A DNA stretch of 64,000 nucleotides, taken from contig CBDAOY010000005.1 of the NCBI GenBank assembly GCA_965198225.1, positions 672,001 to 736,000 on the forward strand, in the 5' to 3' direction. Source of the DNA: Terriglobia bacterium. GTDB taxonomy: Bacteria > Acidobacteriota > Terriglobia > 20CM-2-55-15. Below, piece after piece: positions 10,404 to 21,060 of the stretch. The notes under the pieces are model-generated. The model was not told the DNA's origin. It searched no databases and was given only the letters and a program-made list of their open reading frames with translations. The translations under genes and the position numbers were made by a program. The stretch's first letter is position 1; each line of letters begins with the position of its first letter.

Positions 10404-11215
10404 TCCAGGCGACGTCCCAACAGAGTGTCGAGCGTGAGCGGTCGATGGGCCCCTCGGAAGAGCACCCGGTTATCGTTCTGGACCATGTTCGCAAGGTCTA
10501 CCACATGGGCGACATCGATGTTCACGCCCTCCGTGGCGTGTCGCTGACGGTCGAGCATGGGGAATACGTCGCCATCATGGGGCCATCGGGCTCTGGCAAG
10601 TCGACGATGATGAACATCATCGGATGTCTCGACCACGCGACCAAAGGGGCGTATCTGATCGACGGCCTGGACGTTTCGAAGGCTTCAAAGGCCGAACTGG
10701 CCGACATCCGGAACCAGAACGTCGGTTTCGTGTTCCAGAGTTTCAATCTGGTTTCGCGAACCTCGGCCCTCGAGAACGTCGAACTCCCCCTCATCTATGC
10801 CGGTGTGACGGCCAGGGAACGAACCGAAAGGGCGCGGGAGGCGCTCGCCATCGTGAACCTGTCCGACAAAGAGCGCAACCTGCCGAACCAGCTTTCGGGT
10901 GGCCAGCAGCAGCGGGTTGCGATCGCTCGGGCTCTGGTGAACGATCCGGCGATCATTCTGGCGGATGAGCCGACCGGCGCATTGGACACGCGAACGTCGG
11001 TGGAATTGATGGGCGTGTTCCAGAAGCTGAACGAAGAACGGAACATGACGATCATCGTGGTGACGCACGAGCAGGACATCGCCGAATACGCAAAACGCGT
11101 CCTCTTGTTCCGGGACGGGCGTATAAAGAAGGACTACGCGGTCGAGGACAGGCGTAACGCTGAAGAGGCGCTCGCGACTCTGCCCGAAGAAGAGGAAGAG
11201 GAGGAAGAAGAATGA
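10400..11215 (+). CDS. ABC transporter ATP-binding protein (MacB/LolD type)
   Basis: GPSGSGKST, LSGGQQQRVAIARAL, ADEPTGALD; poly-Glu tail. Confidence 0.95.
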   Translation: MIQATSQQSVERERSMGPSEEHPVIVLDHVRKVYHMGDIDVHALRGVSLTVEHGEYVAIMGPSGSGKSTMMNIIGCLDHATKGAYLIDGLDVSKASKAELADIRNQNVGFVFQSFNLVSRTSALENVELPLIYAGVTARERTERAREALAIVNLSDKERNLPNQLSGGQQQRVAIARALVNDPAIILADEPTGALDTRTSVELMGVFQKLNEERNMTIIVVTHEQDIAEYAKRVLLFRDGRIKKDYAVEDRRNAEEALATLPEEEEEEEEE

Positions 11216-12438
11216 GGGGTATGGCGATACTGAGGATCGCGTTCTGGGCGCTCGGACGGAACAAGATGCGGTCTGCCCTCACCATGCTGGGTATCATCAT
11301 CGGTGTGTCCGCCGTGATCGCGATGGTGTCGATCGGTCAGGGAGCCCAGGCGATGGTCCAGGATCAGATGGAAGCGATGGGCACCAACATCATGTATGTC
11401 TTCCCCAGCGGCCGCCGGGGCTTTCATGGGGCCCGCATGGGGGCCGACGAGGGCAGCCAGTTGACCGTCGAAGACGTGAACGCGATCGAGAACGAGGTTC
11501 CCGTCGTGGCGGGCGCCACGCCGATCGTCCGCGCCAGCGGTCAGATCGTCTTCGGAAACCAGAACTGGTCGGCTTCGGTCCAGGGCACGAGCGAGAAATT
11601 CCCCGAGATCCGGGAATGGCCCGTAGCCGACGGTGAGTTCTTCACCGAGAACGACGTCCGATCGGCCGCGCGCGTTGTCGTCATCGGCAACACCGTCGCC
11701 GAGAACCTGTTTGCCGGGGTCAGCCCGATCGGTCAGACCGTCCGCATCCGGAACCTGCCGTTCCGCGTCGTCGGTGTGCTCACCGTCCGGGGCCAGTCCG
11801 GGATGGGACAGGACCAGGACGACACGGTTCTGATGCCCTACACCGCCGCGCAGAAGAAGCTGCTCGGACAGTCGATTCCGCGGATCAACCAGGTGATGCT
11901 TCGGGCGGTCACGCCCAACGCGACCACGGTCGCCGAGAAGATGATCACCGACCTGCTCCGGCAAAGACACAACATCATCCCACCGAAGGAAGACGATTTC
12001 CGTGTGCGAAACCTGAGCGACGTCGCGGAAACCGCCGAGCAGACAGGCCTGATCATGACGCTGCTTCTGGCAAGCATAGCGGCCGTTTCGCTGATCGTCG
12101 GAGGGATCGGCATCATGAACATCATGCTGGTGTCGGTCACGGAGCGGACCCGTGAGATCGGCATCCGGATGGCGGTAGGCTCCCGACCCGGATACATCCG
12201 TCTCCAGTTCCTCTCCGAGTCGATCATCCTCAGCATGGCCGGTGGTATTATCGGAGTGGTGATCGGAGGGGGCACCTCCTACGGTGTCGGGCAATACCTC
12301 CAGTGGCCGACGCTGGTTTCACCGGCTGCGGTCATTCTCTCCGTCGGCTTTGCCGCCGCTGTCGGCGTTTTCTTCGGATACTATCCGGCCCACAAAGCGG
12401 CCGGGTTGGATCCCATCGACGCCTTACGCTACGAGTAG
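11212..12438 (+). CDS. MacB-type ABC permease
   Basis: RSALTMLGIIIGV, GGIGIMNIMLVSVTERTREIGIR, LDPIDALRYE. Confidence 0.95.
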   Translation: MRGMAILRIAFWALGRNKMRSALTMLGIIIGVSAVIAMVSIGQGAQAMVQDQMEAMGTNIMYVFPSGRRGFHGARMGADEGSQLTVEDVNAIENEVPVVAGATPIVRASGQIVFGNQNWSASVQGTSEKFPEIREWPVADGEFFTENDVRSAARVVVIGNTVAENLFAGVSPIGQTVRIRNLPFRVVGVLTVRGQSGMGQDQDDTVLMPYTAAQKKLLGQSIPRINQVMLRAVTPNATTVAEKMITDLLRQRHNIIPPKEDDFRVRNLSDVAETAEQTGLIMTLLLASIAAVSLIVGGIGIMNIMLVSVTERTREIGIRMAVGSRPGYIRLQFLSESIILSMAGGIIGVVIGGGTSYGVGQYLQWPTLVSPAAVILSVGFAAAVGVFFGYYPAHKAAGLDPIDALRYE

Positions 12439-12461
12439 ACGCCAGCAGAGACCGGTGTCCG

Positions 12462-12612
12462 GATTGCAAATTGCGGTATTGAAACAATCCGCATTGCACG
12501 TTGCTCATTAGAAATTGCTTCATTTCAGATTTTTCTGCTCGAACGATCACCAATTGAGCAATTTCCAATCTCGAACCTGCAATGCGGATTTGTCCATTAG
12601 TCGATTTGCGAT
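12462..12612. repeat. AT-rich ~150-bp imperfect palindrome, family 3 (modules X-Y)
   Basis: AATCCGCATTGCACGTT ... AACCTGCAATGCGGATT; homologous modules at 46834-46978. Confidence 0.7.
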
Positions 12613-12889
12613 AGATCGGTTTCATCCCTGACACGGAAAAGATCGGCCTCAGCGAAGACCCGAAGCTCCGAGGGCGCCACTCCCGAAGGACCTTGCGGGG
12701 ATGCCGCTCTTCAGGAAGCTGAACCTGCTTTCCAGGTTGTTGGAGGCCTTGCGGCCGAAGCTGAACCGGGTTGTCCAGTCGAAGGACATCGTCGATGTCG
12801 CGCTTCTCAAGGAAGTCCACAGCGAGTTTCGAGCAGTGCAGGAAATCATTCGGACCCTCCAGCGCTAGCAATACTTTCCAAACGGAGGT

Positions 12890-12956
12890 GTAGGTGCGGT
12901 CTATGACCGCACTCTCTTCGAACACCGAAACACGTGCGTTCATAGAGCGCACCTAC
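12890..12956. repeat. GTAG REP doublet, family 1
   Basis: GTAGGTGCGGTCTATGACCGCAC-N21-GTGCGTTCATAGAGCGCACCTAC. Confidence 0.85.
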
Positions 12957-12992
12957 ACCCGATGGGAGAATTGAGTAGAGCCCACTCGGGCC

Positions 12993-13619
12993 TCAGTACG
13001 TGATCAGCGGCGTCTGCCTCAAACAGGTAGGAGACCGAAGTTGTTCGAGGATGAAGTGGGCGCTGTCCGCCCTGGAGATCCGGCCGGCCTTCACGCCGGC
13101 CAGATCCGTCAGGACTCGATACTGACCCGTGAACTCGCCGTTCGTCAGGAAACCAGGGCGGACGATGATCCAGTCTCGTGAACAATCTCTAATAATCTGT
13201 TCCTGCCGTTCCTTGTCTTCGTAGATTCGCTGGAGCAGGAGCGGGAACAGGAGCCGGTCATAAAGAAACCCGCCGTGGCCGCGGCTGTCTCCGGCGCCGA
13301 TACCTGAAACGGAGATCAGTTGCCGTACGCCATGCTGCTCCATCGCCCGAATAACGTTCCGAATTCCGTCAGAAAAGACCCGGGTGGGTTGACGGGTGGG
13401 TTTGATTCCGACCGCGACGCAGACCGCTTCCTGGCCGGCGGTCGCTTCGGAGACCGATTTCCCGTCCAGGATGTCGCCCTGCCGGACCTTTAGATGTTCG
13501 TCTTCGATCGAGCTTCCCGGCCGCCGCACCATCGCCGTGACCGTGTGACCTCCTTCGAGCGCCTGCTGTACCAATTGCAGGCCTATGCCGCGGCTGGCTC
13601 CGATGATGAGGATCTTCAC
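12993..13619 (-). CDS. NAD(P)-binding atypical SDR (flavin reductase/BLVRB-like)
   Basis: ILIIGASRGIG, DWIIVRPGFL, ISRAD. Confidence 0.85.
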   Translation of the reverse strand: MKILIIGASRGIGLQLVQQALEGGHTVTAMVRRPGSSIEDEHLKVRQGDILDGKSVSEATAGQEAVCVAVGIKPTRQPTRVFSDGIRNVIRAMEQHGVRQLISVSGIGAGDSRGHGGFLYDRLLFPLLLQRIYEDKERQEQIIRDCSRDWIIVRPGFLTNGEFTGQYRVLTDLAGVKAGRISRADSAHFILEQLRSPTCLRQTPLITY

Positions 13620-13717
13620 CGCGGTATCTTGCCATGGCTCCCCGGGACGGACAACCGACCAACCCTGCTGCCCTGATTCCTCTTTTCGAGTCGGCGTTTA
13701 TGGCGTACGTTCAGAAG

Positions 13718-14368
13718 ATGTTCGCCGAACCTCCATCGAGCCGCCTGGATCTCCGCTTTCGTCTTCTTGGAATCCCCGTACGCGTCCACCCCATGTTCTG
13801 GTTGATCGCCTTACTACTGGGGTGGCGCCTGCCTGTTGCCGAGCAGGTTCTCTGGGTCGTCGTCGTGGTCTTCTCGATCCTCGTTCACGAGATGGGCCAC
13901 GCGTTTTCGGCGCGCGCTCTCGGGTGGCGGACCCATGTCGTCCTCCACAGCCTCGGCGGCTTGACGATTTTCGACGAGAAGCGTCCGATGCGTCTCGGAT
14001 GGCCGCAGGCGTTCATCGCCTTCTGCGGACCGTTCGCCGGGTTCATCCTAGCGGGAGTGGTGTACACGTTCATGCCGCTGCTGGTCGACACGCGAAGCGG
14101 AGTACTGGGAGCGCTCTATTTCCACCTTCTCTGGGTGAACATCGTTTGGGGCCTCGTGAACCTGCTGCCGGTGTGGCCGCTGGATGGAGGCCAAATGGTT
14201 CGCTCGCTCATGGTCGAGTTTGCCGGCGATCGCGGTTTCTCGATCTCTTCGATTCTGTCCTTCGTCTCAGCCGGTGGTGCGGCTTTTGCGGCGTGGCAGT
14301 TCAATCAACCTTACATCGCCGTATTCTTCGCCTATTTTGCGCTGGTTGAATGGGAGACTTCGCTCTGA
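13718..14368 (+). CDS. Site-2 protease (M50) family
   Basis: HEMGH and NLLPVWPLDGG, multiple TM segments. Confidence 0.9.
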   Translation: MFAEPPSSRLDLRFRLLGIPVRVHPMFWLIALLLGWRLPVAEQVLWVVVVVFSILVHEMGHAFSARALGWRTHVVLHSLGGLTIFDEKRPMRLGWPQAFIAFCGPFAGFILAGVVYTFMPLLVDTRSGVLGALYFHLLWVNIVWGLVNLLPVWPLDGGQMVRSLMVEFAGDRGFSISSILSFVSAGGAAFAAWQFNQPYIAVFFAYFALVEWETSL

Positions 14369-14483
14369 CGGGGAACCCGGACCGGACATCCATCGTAGTT
14401 ACGATGAGGGCGCGCTGAGGTGCTGATACAATACGGCAATCAAAGCATCACTCGACGGATAGCCGAAAGCGTGGGAGAGCGCC

Positions 14484-17400
14484 GTGATCGGTGAGACAGT
14501 CGCACATTACAAGATTCTCGGACAGCTCGGGACCGGCGGCATGGGCGTCGTCTATCGCGCCGAAGACACGAAACTGCACCGTACGGTCGCGCTGAAGTTC
14601 CTCCCACCCGACATCGCAGCCGACGAGCGGGCCGTCGAACGCTTCAAGCGCGAGGCACGCGCCGCGGCCGCCCTGAACCACCCGAACATCTGCACGATCC
14701 ACGAGATCGGAGAACACGACGGCCAACCCTTCATCGTGATGGAGCTGCTCGAAGGGCGGACGCTGAAGGAACGGCTCGAAGCCGGATCGCTCAGTGTCGA
14801 TGACCTCCTCGAAATGGGTACGCAGATCGCCGACGCGCTGGACGCGGCCCATCAGAAGGGGATGGTCCACCGGGACATCAAGCCGGCCAACATCTTCCTG
14901 ACCCACGCAGGCAGCGTCAAGGTACTGGATTTCGGTCTCGTCAAGACAGTCGCGGGACCGGCGGAGGCGTCGACGCTGGACGAACGGGCGACCGTAGACG
15001 ACATGGAGTTGACGCGTGCCGGTTCGGCGGTCGGTACGGTTGCCTACATGTCTCCGGAACAGGTCCGGGGTGAGGAGTTGGACGCCCGTTCGGATCTATT
15101 TTCGTTCGGCCTCGTTCTATACGAGATGGCGACAGGTCGGCAGCCGTTCAGCGGCAGCACTTCCGGTGTGGTCTTCGAGGCCATCCTCAACCGGGCGCCG
15201 ACGGCTCCGGCTCACCTCAATCCGGATGTTCCGCCTCAGCTCGAAGCGATCATCAACAAGGCCCTGGAGAAGAGGGCGGACCTCCGTTACCAGCATGCCT
15301 CCGACATCCGGTCCGACATCAAGCGGCTGAGACGGGACACCGATTCCGGGCTCTCGTCGGCGACGACCAGCGTTCCGGCATATCCTTCCGGTGCGCGGTC
15401 GGGGAGTAAGGTCGCGATGGGCATCGTCGCCGTGGCCGTCGTGTTGCTGGCGGTGATATTCATCGTGGCTTTCCAGTTGGGCGGAGGGTCAGCTCTGGAG
15501 GAGAGCGATCTGATCCTGCTGACGGATTTCGAGAACACCACCGGAGAACCTGTTTTCGACGATACGCTCAAGCAGGCCCTGGCCGTGAAGCTCGCTGAGT
15601 CCCCGTTCCTAAACGTCGTCGCCGACCAACGTGTCCGGGAAACGCTGCGGTTCATGGATCGTTCCCCCGACGAAAGGGTTACGCCCGACATCGGCCGCGA
15701 GATCTGCGAGCGGGAGGGCATCAAGGCGATGATGACCGGGCAGATCGTCCCGCTCGGCAGCAGCTTCGTCATCACGCTGACAGCGCTGAACTGCGCCACC
15801 GGTGAGACGATCGCGGCAGAGCAGGTGCAGGCCGAAAGCGCGGAACAGGTTCTGTCCGTCCTGGGGCAGGCGGCCGTGAACATCCGCGGCCAGCTGGGCG
15901 AGTCCCTGCCCATGATCGAGTCGTTCAACACCCCGATCGAGGCGACGACGTCCTCACTCGACGCACTGAAGGCGTTCTCCCTGGCCGAGGCCCAGCGCGC
16001 GATGGGACGGGATCAGGAGTCGGCTCCGTTCTACCGTCGGGCGCTCGAATTCGACCCCGAGTTTGCTGTTGCCTACGCCCGGCTCGGGACCGTGCTGAAC
16101 AACATGGACGATCATGAGGCCGCGATCGAGAATTACAGAAAAGCCTTCGAACTTCGCGAGAGAGCCAGCGAAAGGGAGCGCTTCTACCTGACAGCGCACT
16201 ACCACGCGACTGTGGAGGGAGACACGGACAAGGCGATCGAGACATACAACCTCTGGAGGGAGACTTATCCACGGGACTCTACCCCGCCCACGAATCTTGC
16301 GAACATCTACAGCCGGAGGCGTCAGTGGGAGCAGGTGGTTGAATGGGCCCGGATCAGCCTCGAGCTGGAAGCTCACCCGATCCCTTACGGCCAGCTCGTC
16401 AACGCGTACCAGAACCTGGGTAAAGGGGACGAGGCGCTGGAGACCCTCGAGGAATGGATGGAGGAGTTTCCCGAGGATGGCACTCCGCATTCACGGATGG
16501 CCCAGTACCGAGTCCAACGCGGGCAGTTCGAGGAGGCTCTCGAAACCGCCGAGATCGCTTACCGCAACGAAAGAACCTCGGAGCATCTCGAACCCCTGGT
16601 TGAGGCGAACCTCGGGTTGAACCGCGTGTCGGAGGCGAGATCGCTGGCCGAGCAGGCCGTCGAGGACAATCCGGAGAATGTCCGCTGGCGGCTTTGGGTG
16701 TACGGGATGGCGGAAATACACGGGGACCGGGAGGTCGCCGACGCGCAGGTGGAGTGGGCGCGCGGTAAACCAACCGAACACCTGATGATCGGCATGCGCG
16801 CGACGATCGTGGGTATGCTCGGCCGGGTTGAGGAAGCAACGGCACTGTACGAGCAGGCGCTGGCGGTTCCGGTGGAGCAGGGCCGGGTGTTCGTGTTGAC
16901 CGACGTTGCCGGAGTCTACCTGATGGCGGGCTACAAGGATCGTGCGAGGGAAGCCACTCGCGAGGCCCTGGCGGAAAATGCCGCGGCATCCAAGTTAGCT
17001 GTGGCTGGGCTCCTGGCTCTACTCGGTGAAAACGACGAGGCGGAAGCTCTGGTCCAGGAGATCGCGGAGGGCAGTCCTTCCGATGAAGTCCTGAACGAGG
17101 CTACGCTTCCTGCAATCGAGGCGCTCATCGCCGTCAATCGCGACGAGCCGGATCGAGCGCTGGAACTGCTCGAAGACGAGCATGAATTCGAACGCGCCGA
17201 GCTTCCGGTGCCCTATGTCCGAGGCCTGGCCTACGCTCGAGCCGATCGTCCGGACGAGGCGCTCGCCGAGTTTCGGAAGATCCTGGACAACCCCGGAGCC
17301 GCGTATCTGTCTGTTGGGAACGGGATGATCAACATGATGGCGTCGATAGAAACGGCGCGATTGCTGGCGCGCGAAGGCAGGAACGCGGAAGCTGCCGCAA

Positions 17401-17492
17401 CCTATGAAGAGATCTTCGATTACTGGAAGGATGCTGACGCCGACCTGCCGACGTTGCTGGAGCTCCGATCCGAGTACGCCAACCTGAGCTAG
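14484..17492 (+). CDS. Membrane Ser/Thr protein kinase with extracytoplasmic TPR region
   Basis: GTGGMGVVY, VALK, HRDIKPAN, DFG, YMSPEQ; TM near aa 310-330; TPR-like helices. Confidence 0.95.
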   Translation: MIGETVAHYKILGQLGTGGMGVVYRAEDTKLHRTVALKFLPPDIAADERAVERFKREARAAAALNHPNICTIHEIGEHDGQPFIVMELLEGRTLKERLEAGSLSVDDLLEMGTQIADALDAAHQKGMVHRDIKPANIFLTHAGSVKVLDFGLVKTVAGPAEASTLDERATVDDMELTRAGSAVGTVAYMSPEQVRGEELDARSDLFSFGLVLYEMATGRQPFSGSTSGVVFEAILNRAPTAPAHLNPDVPPQLEAIINKALEKRADLRYQHASDIRSDIKRLRRDTDSGLSSATTSVPAYPSGARSGSKVAMGIVAVAVVLLAVIFIVAFQLGGGSALEESDLILLTDFENTTGEPVFDDTLKQALAVKLAESPFLNVVADQRVRETLRFMDRSPDERVTPDIGREICEREGIKAMMTGQIVPLGSSFVITLTALNCATGETIAAEQVQAESAEQVLSVLGQAAVNIRGQLGESLPMIESFNTPIEATTSSLDALKAFSLAEAQRAMGRDQESAPFYRRALEFDPEFAVAYARLGTVLNNMDDHEAAIENYRKAFELRERASERERFYLTAHYHATVEGDTDKAIETYNLWRETYPRDSTPPTNLANIYSRRRQWEQVVEWARISLELEAHPIPYGQLVNAYQNLGKGDEALETLEEWMEEFPEDGTPHSRMAQYRVQRGQFEEALETAEIAYRNERTSEHLEPLVEANLGLNRVSEARSLAEQAVEDNPENVRWRLWVYGMAEIHGDREVADAQVEWARGKPTEHLMIGMRATIVGMLGRVEEATALYEQALAVPVEQGRVFVLTDVAGVYLMAGYKDRAREATREALAENAAASKLAVAGLLALLGENDEAEALVQEIAEGSPSDEVLNEATLPAIEALIAVNRDEPDRALELLEDEHEFERAELPVPYVRGLAYARADRPDEALAEFRKILDNPGAAYLSVGNGMINMMASIETARLLAREGRNAEAAATYEEIFDYWKDADADLPTLLELRSEYANLS

Positions 17493-17528
17493 CCTGCCGG
17501 CATTTAAACTCCAAATCTTTCAGCGAGT

Positions 17529-17594
17529 GTAGGTGCGCTCTATCAGCGCACGTTGTTGCAGTTCGACGGATGTGCGGTCATAGACCGCACCTAC
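17529..17594. repeat. GTAG REP doublet, family 1
   Basis: GTAGGTGCGCTCTATCAGCGCAC ... GTGCGGTCATAGACCGCACCTAC. Confidence 0.85.
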
Positions 17595-17915
17595 ACGTAA
17601 TGTTAGCTACTTCACCTTGTGCGCGATGCCGATACCCACCCGATCCTGGTCCGCCCCTTCAGGAACCCGTTGTGAAAGTACTCGACCATGACCGCGCATC
17701 ATCGTCCTACGTTGGGCCGTAGGTTGGAAGGCGCTGTTCTTTCCGAGTTCGCGCACCTTCTCGTTCAAAGCTTGAACATCGCACGTTACACGCAACTTGG
17801 GGTCTGAAAACAATCCCGGGTAGTTTGGCCTGCCCTGTCCCGTCTTACCGTGCAGAATAATAAGGGAAGAACCCCCAGGCCGTGTCCGAGACGGCCTGTC
17901 TGAGTTGAGGCGGCA

Positions 17916-20219
17916 TTGAACGAGGGCTGGTCAAGAAGATTGATTCGGGTTGTTGGTCTCGCCGTGATTCTGTCCCTGGCGATACCCGGTTTCGCGCAGT
18001 TTCCCGGGGTGTCCTTGACACCCGGCAACATCCTGGCCGTTTCCGGCGCTGGCGTTCGCGAGTACACGCCTCTCGGTGTCGAGGTACAGCGCATCGGTGT
18101 CCCTTACCCGGAAGATGCGGGTCTGACCGAATTCCTCAGGGACATCGTCGTCGACCCTGAGGGAAACATCGAGGGCTTCAACGGTACGTTCCGGCCTTTT
18201 CTGAGCACGGTTGCCCCCGACAGCGGGACCCGCGCGCAGCCCCAGTGTTCGGGCTGGAGTACGGTGAACCACCCCACCTATGGAGGTATTGCGACCTGGC
18301 AGAACTATGTCTACGTGTCGGACATGCGGACGCTGAACACACCCGAAGCAGCTGCCGCGGGCGTCGTTCGCTTCGATACCCGGGATTTCTCGTGTCAGCG
18401 ATCGGCTGACAGCTCCGAATTGGTGGACGTCGCAGTCGGGCTGGATGGGCTGGTCTATGGTCTGACGAGGTTGCAGCTCATCAAGGTATACGACCCGGAG
18501 ACCCTCGCACTGATTCGCAACGTCCCCCTGCGAACCGGCGATCACAGGGCGATCGCCGTCAACAGGGCGGGCGACATTTTCAGTGCAACGGGCAACGGTA
18601 CAATCTATCGCCTTGACGGGAACGACGCTAGATCCACGCTCGACAGCCTCTCGGTTGCCGGCACCCTCGGCGACATCGATCTTTCCAGTACCGGCGGGCT
18701 CGTGCTGGCCTCTGTCGAGGGCATGGTCACTGTGACCGACGAGGCTCTGGAGGCGGCCACCGCGTTCGAAGGAGGTAATTCTGTTGCGTGGGTGCCGCCG
18801 TTTTCTCGCAGCGAAGTGCAGTTTTCAGTTCCGGATCGGGGAGGCGCCTCGGTCAATGTTACCGCGGGGGCGGAGGCGAGGGGATACGCCAGGATCGACC
18901 CGCTTCCGTTCAGCACCACTCCGGCCGGGTTGGCGATCCTGGGTTCCCGCCGGGGGAGCGTACTCGTTTCTGAATCGGCCTTTGGTGCGATCTCCCTCGG
19001 CACTTCGGGCCGTATTTTCGTCGAAATGGGCGGAGGGGTCCGCACGGGCGTCGCAATCGCAAACCCGGACGCGGTTGCCGCATCCCTTACATTCGAATTC
19101 ACATACCCGACGGGAGATCGTTTCGGCGGCGGGGTCCTCGATGTTCCTCCGGGGGCCCGCCTCCTGCGCTTCTTCGACGAGGGTCCGTTCGAGATCGCTT
19201 CGCCTCTGCTGGCAACATTCACGTTCAACTCAACGGTTCCCGTCGCGATCGCCGGTCTCCGAGAGTTGCTCAACGAGCGGGCGGAGCGTTTGACCACGAG
19301 CCTGCCGGTTGCTTCGATCACCACGACCGGGTTTCCCGGAGTGACAGTCGGCCAGACACAGTATCTCCCCCTCTTCGCCGGCGGCGGCGGCTGGGTCTCG
19401 CAACTCGTGATCGTCAATCCAAGCGAACAGACCATCGACGGATCCGTTCGCATCCGGGGGCAGGACACCGCTTTTGATCCTCTCTCGGTGGTCGTGAACG
19501 GCAAGCGCGCAGAAACCTTTGCGTATTCCATCCCACCGCGCAGCGCGACACGAATGCGAGTCGAGGCCTTCGAGTCCGCTGTCGTTGTCGGATCGCTCGA
19601 AGTTGCTCCTTCTCTCAACCAGGGGTCTCCGTTTGCTTTCATTATCGTCCGATACCGCAACGGTCCCTTCACCGTCTCGGAAGCTGCTCTTAGCGCATCT
19701 TCGCTCGGAAGGGCGTTCCGGATGTACGCGGAAATAACGGAGGAGGCGGGAGGCTCCACGCGGACAGGAATCGCTGTCGCGAACCCATCTTCGAACCCCG
19801 TCTCCCTGGCGTTCGATCTCCATACTCTCGGGGGAACCCGACTCGATGCGACCGGGGCGCAAACGATACCGGCTCTCGGTCAGATGACGATGTTCGTTGA
19901 TCAGATTCCCGGGTTCGAGTCCATCTCGAAACCGTTCCAGGGCGTGCTCGCCGTCGAAACGTCCGCCGACGAGTCCGTTGCTGTCACCGGTCTTCGGGGG
20001 CGCCTGAACGAGCGCGGAGACTTCCTTATCGCCGCGACGGCGCCAGCATTGGCGCAGACAATCCCCTCGACGTCGGGAATTACATTTCCCTACCTTGAGG
20101 TCGGCGAGAGCGATTCCGCCCAGTTCGTCTTCTTCGCAGGCTCCACGGGTCAGATTACCCGGGGTAAGCTCCGCTTTCTGTCGGAAACCGGTCAGAAGCT
20201 CACGTTGACGCTGCCATAA
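17916..20219 (+). CDS. Secreted protein: N-terminal beta-propeller-like region plus duplicated 'TGxAxANP' beta-sandwich modules
   Basis: Signal peptide; internal repeats VRTGVAIANP / TRTGIAVANP and GLRxxLNER. Confidence 0.6.
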   Translation: MNEGWSRRLIRVVGLAVILSLAIPGFAQFPGVSLTPGNILAVSGAGVREYTPLGVEVQRIGVPYPEDAGLTEFLRDIVVDPEGNIEGFNGTFRPFLSTVAPDSGTRAQPQCSGWSTVNHPTYGGIATWQNYVYVSDMRTLNTPEAAAAGVVRFDTRDFSCQRSADSSELVDVAVGLDGLVYGLTRLQLIKVYDPETLALIRNVPLRTGDHRAIAVNRAGDIFSATGNGTIYRLDGNDARSTLDSLSVAGTLGDIDLSSTGGLVLASVEGMVTVTDEALEAATAFEGGNSVAWVPPFSRSEVQFSVPDRGGASVNVTAGAEARGYARIDPLPFSTTPAGLAILGSRRGSVLVSESAFGAISLGTSGRIFVEMGGGVRTGVAIANPDAVAASLTFEFTYPTGDRFGGGVLDVPPGARLLRFFDEGPFEIASPLLATFTFNSTVPVAIAGLRELLNERAERLTTSLPVASITTTGFPGVTVGQTQYLPLFAGGGGWVSQLVIVNPSEQTIDGSVRIRGQDTAFDPLSVVVNGKRAETFAYSIPPRSATRMRVEAFESAVVVGSLEVAPSLNQGSPFAFIIVRYRNGPFTVSEAALSASSLGRAFRMYAEITEEAGGSTRTGIAVANPSSNPVSLAFDLHTLGGTRLDATGAQTIPALGQMTMFVDQIPGFESISKPFQGVLAVETSADESVAVTGLRGRLNERGDFLIAATAPALAQTIPSTSGITFPYLEVGESDSAQFVFFAGSTGQITRGKLRFLSETGQKLTLTLP

Positions 20220-20413
20220 GCGCTTGATGGCCAAGTTTGAGAATGTTGCTGATCCGATCCAAGGGACTAACGGTGTCGTCAACGATGAGCATTCAGCTCT
20301 CCGCTATCATGCTTCTGCCACTGGGTGATTGGGCCAACTGGACAATCGCGAGGAGTCTGTAGTAGGTTGTCCAACTTCGACAAGCCATTCAACCGAGGAG
20401 GATCGCTAGAATC

Positions 20414-20833
20414 ATGGGAAAAACCTACCAGTCGACAACCGTAAACGCTTCCGCGGATGAAGTGTGGGCCACGATCCGAAATTTTCATGACATGTCCTGG
20501 GCGTCGAGCATCGTCTCCGATTGCAAACCGGTCGGAGATCTGAAAGGGGATCAGGTCGGAGCCAAGCGGGTTCTCAACGACGCGTTCCATGAGACGCTGC
20601 TGGAGTTGAGCGACATCGATCACAGAGTTCGATACAGCATCGACAACGGTCCCCCGCCTGTCTGCGACGCGGATGATTACATCGGTCTTCTGCAGGTGTC
20701 CGCGGTCACCGACGACAACACGGCATACGTGGAGTGGTCTTCGAGGTGGCACGGGAAGGACGCAGAGACGGCTGAGTTCTGCAGTCCTCTCTACGTGAGC
20801 ATGCTCGGAGACTTGAAGAAAAAGTTCGGCTGA
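20414..20833 (+). CDS. SRPBCC / polyketide cyclase family
   Basis: ASADEVWATIRNF..W, VGAKRVL, VEWSS. Confidence 0.85.
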   Translation: MGKTYQSTTVNASADEVWATIRNFHDMSWASSIVSDCKPVGDLKGDQVGAKRVLNDAFHETLLELSDIDHRVRYSIDNGPPPVCDADDYIGLLQVSAVTDDNTAYVEWSSRWHGKDAETAEFCSPLYVSMLGDLKKKFG

Positions 20834-20863
20834 GCGGAGCCGCAGAAATGTGCGGCTTCAGGT

Positions 20864-20985
20864 GTAGGTGCGCTCTATGAGCGCACAAATGTCCGCGGGA
20901 CCACAAGTTGTGCGGTCATAGACCGTACCTACACGTGAAAAGCCCGCCACCCGATTCTCCGTTACCATAATTCGGTCACAGCTTG
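20864..20985 (-). mobile_element. Partial copy of the REP-targeting MITE (internal REP doublet plus one terminus)
   Basis: Reverse complement matches 60107-60229; abuts half-REP ATAGACCGCACCTGCAC at 20986. Confidence 0.7.
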
Positions 20986-21060
20986 ATAGACCGCACCTGC
21001 ACCGACTTCAACTGTGGCGTCGACAGAATTTCCAGGAGCAATAACTGATTCGGAGTCCAT

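Noticed and set aside
17607-17813. 68-aa ORF as a toxin remnant
   Set aside because: Resemblance too weak; no RBS or partner gene
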